From positions 57,290,001 through 57,354,000 of the forward strand of contig NC_086108.1 of NCBI RefSeq assembly GCF_963921235.1: 64,000 nt of DNA, in the 5' to 3' direction. Numbering within the stretch: position 1 is the stretch's first letter; each line of letters begins with the position of its first letter. Position numbers and translations under genes: made by a program. Of this stretch, positions 62,976-64,000 are shown piece by piece. This DNA is from Mobula hypostoma. Lineage: Eukaryota. The notes under the pieces were generated by a model, which was not told the origin of the DNA, did no database searches, and saw only the letters and a list, made by a program, of their open reading frames with translations.

Positions 62976-64000
62976 CCGGCATGTGACATGAAATTTGTTA
63001 ACTTAGCAGCAGCAGTTCAATGCAATACATAATCTAGCAGAGAGAAAAAAATAAAATGATAATAAATAAAATAGTAATAAATAAAAATAATCAATAAACC
63101 AGTAAATCAGTTATGTATATTGTATAGATTAAAAAAGAGTGCAAAAACAGAAATACTGTATATTAAAAAAAAGTGAGGTAGTGTCCAAAGATTCAATGTC
63201 CATTTAGGAATTGGATGGCGGAGGGCAAGAAGCTGTTACTGAATCGCCAAGTGTGTGCCTTCAGGCTTCTGTATCTCCTACCTGATGGTAACAGTGAGAA
63301 AAAGGCATGACCTGGATGCTGGAGGTCCTTAATAATGGACGCTGCCTTTCTGCGACACCGCTCCCTAAAGGTGTTCTGTAGGCTAGTACCTGCTGGAGGA
63401 AGTCACAGAGAAGGGTACAATTACAACGTTGAAAATACATTTGGAAAGGTTCATGGATGGGAAAAGTAAAGAGTGACATGGGCCAAAAGACCTATTTTCT
63501 ATGCAGTATAATGCAGTATAACTCTAGGACTTTGCATACCTGAAGGTCAGTTGTTTTGATAATAATGATCTCAAACAGAGGGACCTCACATTGACATCAT
63601 TTTCATGAAAAAAGTACTGAAATACTGAACTCCAAATTATAAGAGTATAAGAGCCCTGAACATAAGTCAGACAAACGTCAGGAGACTTTGACCAACCTTA
63701 TCACAGAGCCATAAATGATGAATGAAATAAGAAAAAGTCAAAAGGAAAGATTATGTAGTCCTGTGCAGGTTGACTTAGAAATTGCTTAACATAAGGACAA
63801 AATACACTTGTTGTACATAACAGTAGCTAAATTGTAACAACTAATTTTTATATAATTATTATAATCAAACTTATTTTAGAACCATTTTTGAGAGTGTAAT
63901 AGTTTTGTTGATTATTGGTACTGTATTAACATTTATTTGCGATTTTATAAAATGTAATTTCCCTCTAACAGTGATTATATTTCAGGTACTCCATTGTCCA

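Larger units (their letters stand above)
59283..63385 (-). mobile_element. Rex1/Babar 3' end (element A: 59283-59311 plus about 62976-63385), split by element B and itself inside a plus-strand CR1 3' end (about 59150-59282 and 63390-63530)
   Basis: aatcagaatcaggtttattatcac (59283-59311) continues as cggcatgtgacatgaaatttg at about 62978; tcac occurs at both junctions. Confidence 0.7.

Noticed and set aside
33300..64000. Exons of expected neighbours such as RPE65 or DEPDC1
   Set aside because: No recognisable coding sequence seen by eye; small exons could have been missed.

Overview
Eukaryotic, transposon-dense vertebrate DNA; the repeat families (CR1 LINEs, HE1/V-SINE-like SINEs, Rex1/Babar, Penelope pLTR fragments) suggest a cartilaginous fish, probably a ray (inference). 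The only host gene I can confidently identify is wntless (WLS): its first coding exon is on the minus strand at 14982-15087, so 1-14981 is intron 1 and >15.1 kb is the 5' UTR/upstream region. Most of the rest is nested TE debris: three long CR1 LINEs, many Rex1/Babar fragments, an L1 fragment, an RTE fragment, a solo LTR, Tc1 and Harbinger remnants and several tRNA-derived SINEs. The most notable signal is a family of Penelope-like pLTR insertions carrying minimal hammerhead-ribozyme motifs. One copy (4281-5030, 15-bp TSD) has two intact-core hammerheads exactly 610 nt apart enclosing an open Penelope N-terminal ORF, a retrozyme-like, potentially circRNA-forming coding unit. Other leads: a 1,240-bp composite block that splits a Rex ORF precisely in frame (possible CR1-driven transduction) and a tentative decayed Ig V-set exon near 33 kb. 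TE family names are assigned from remembered motifs, not database searches; boundaries without a stated TSD/TIR are approximate.
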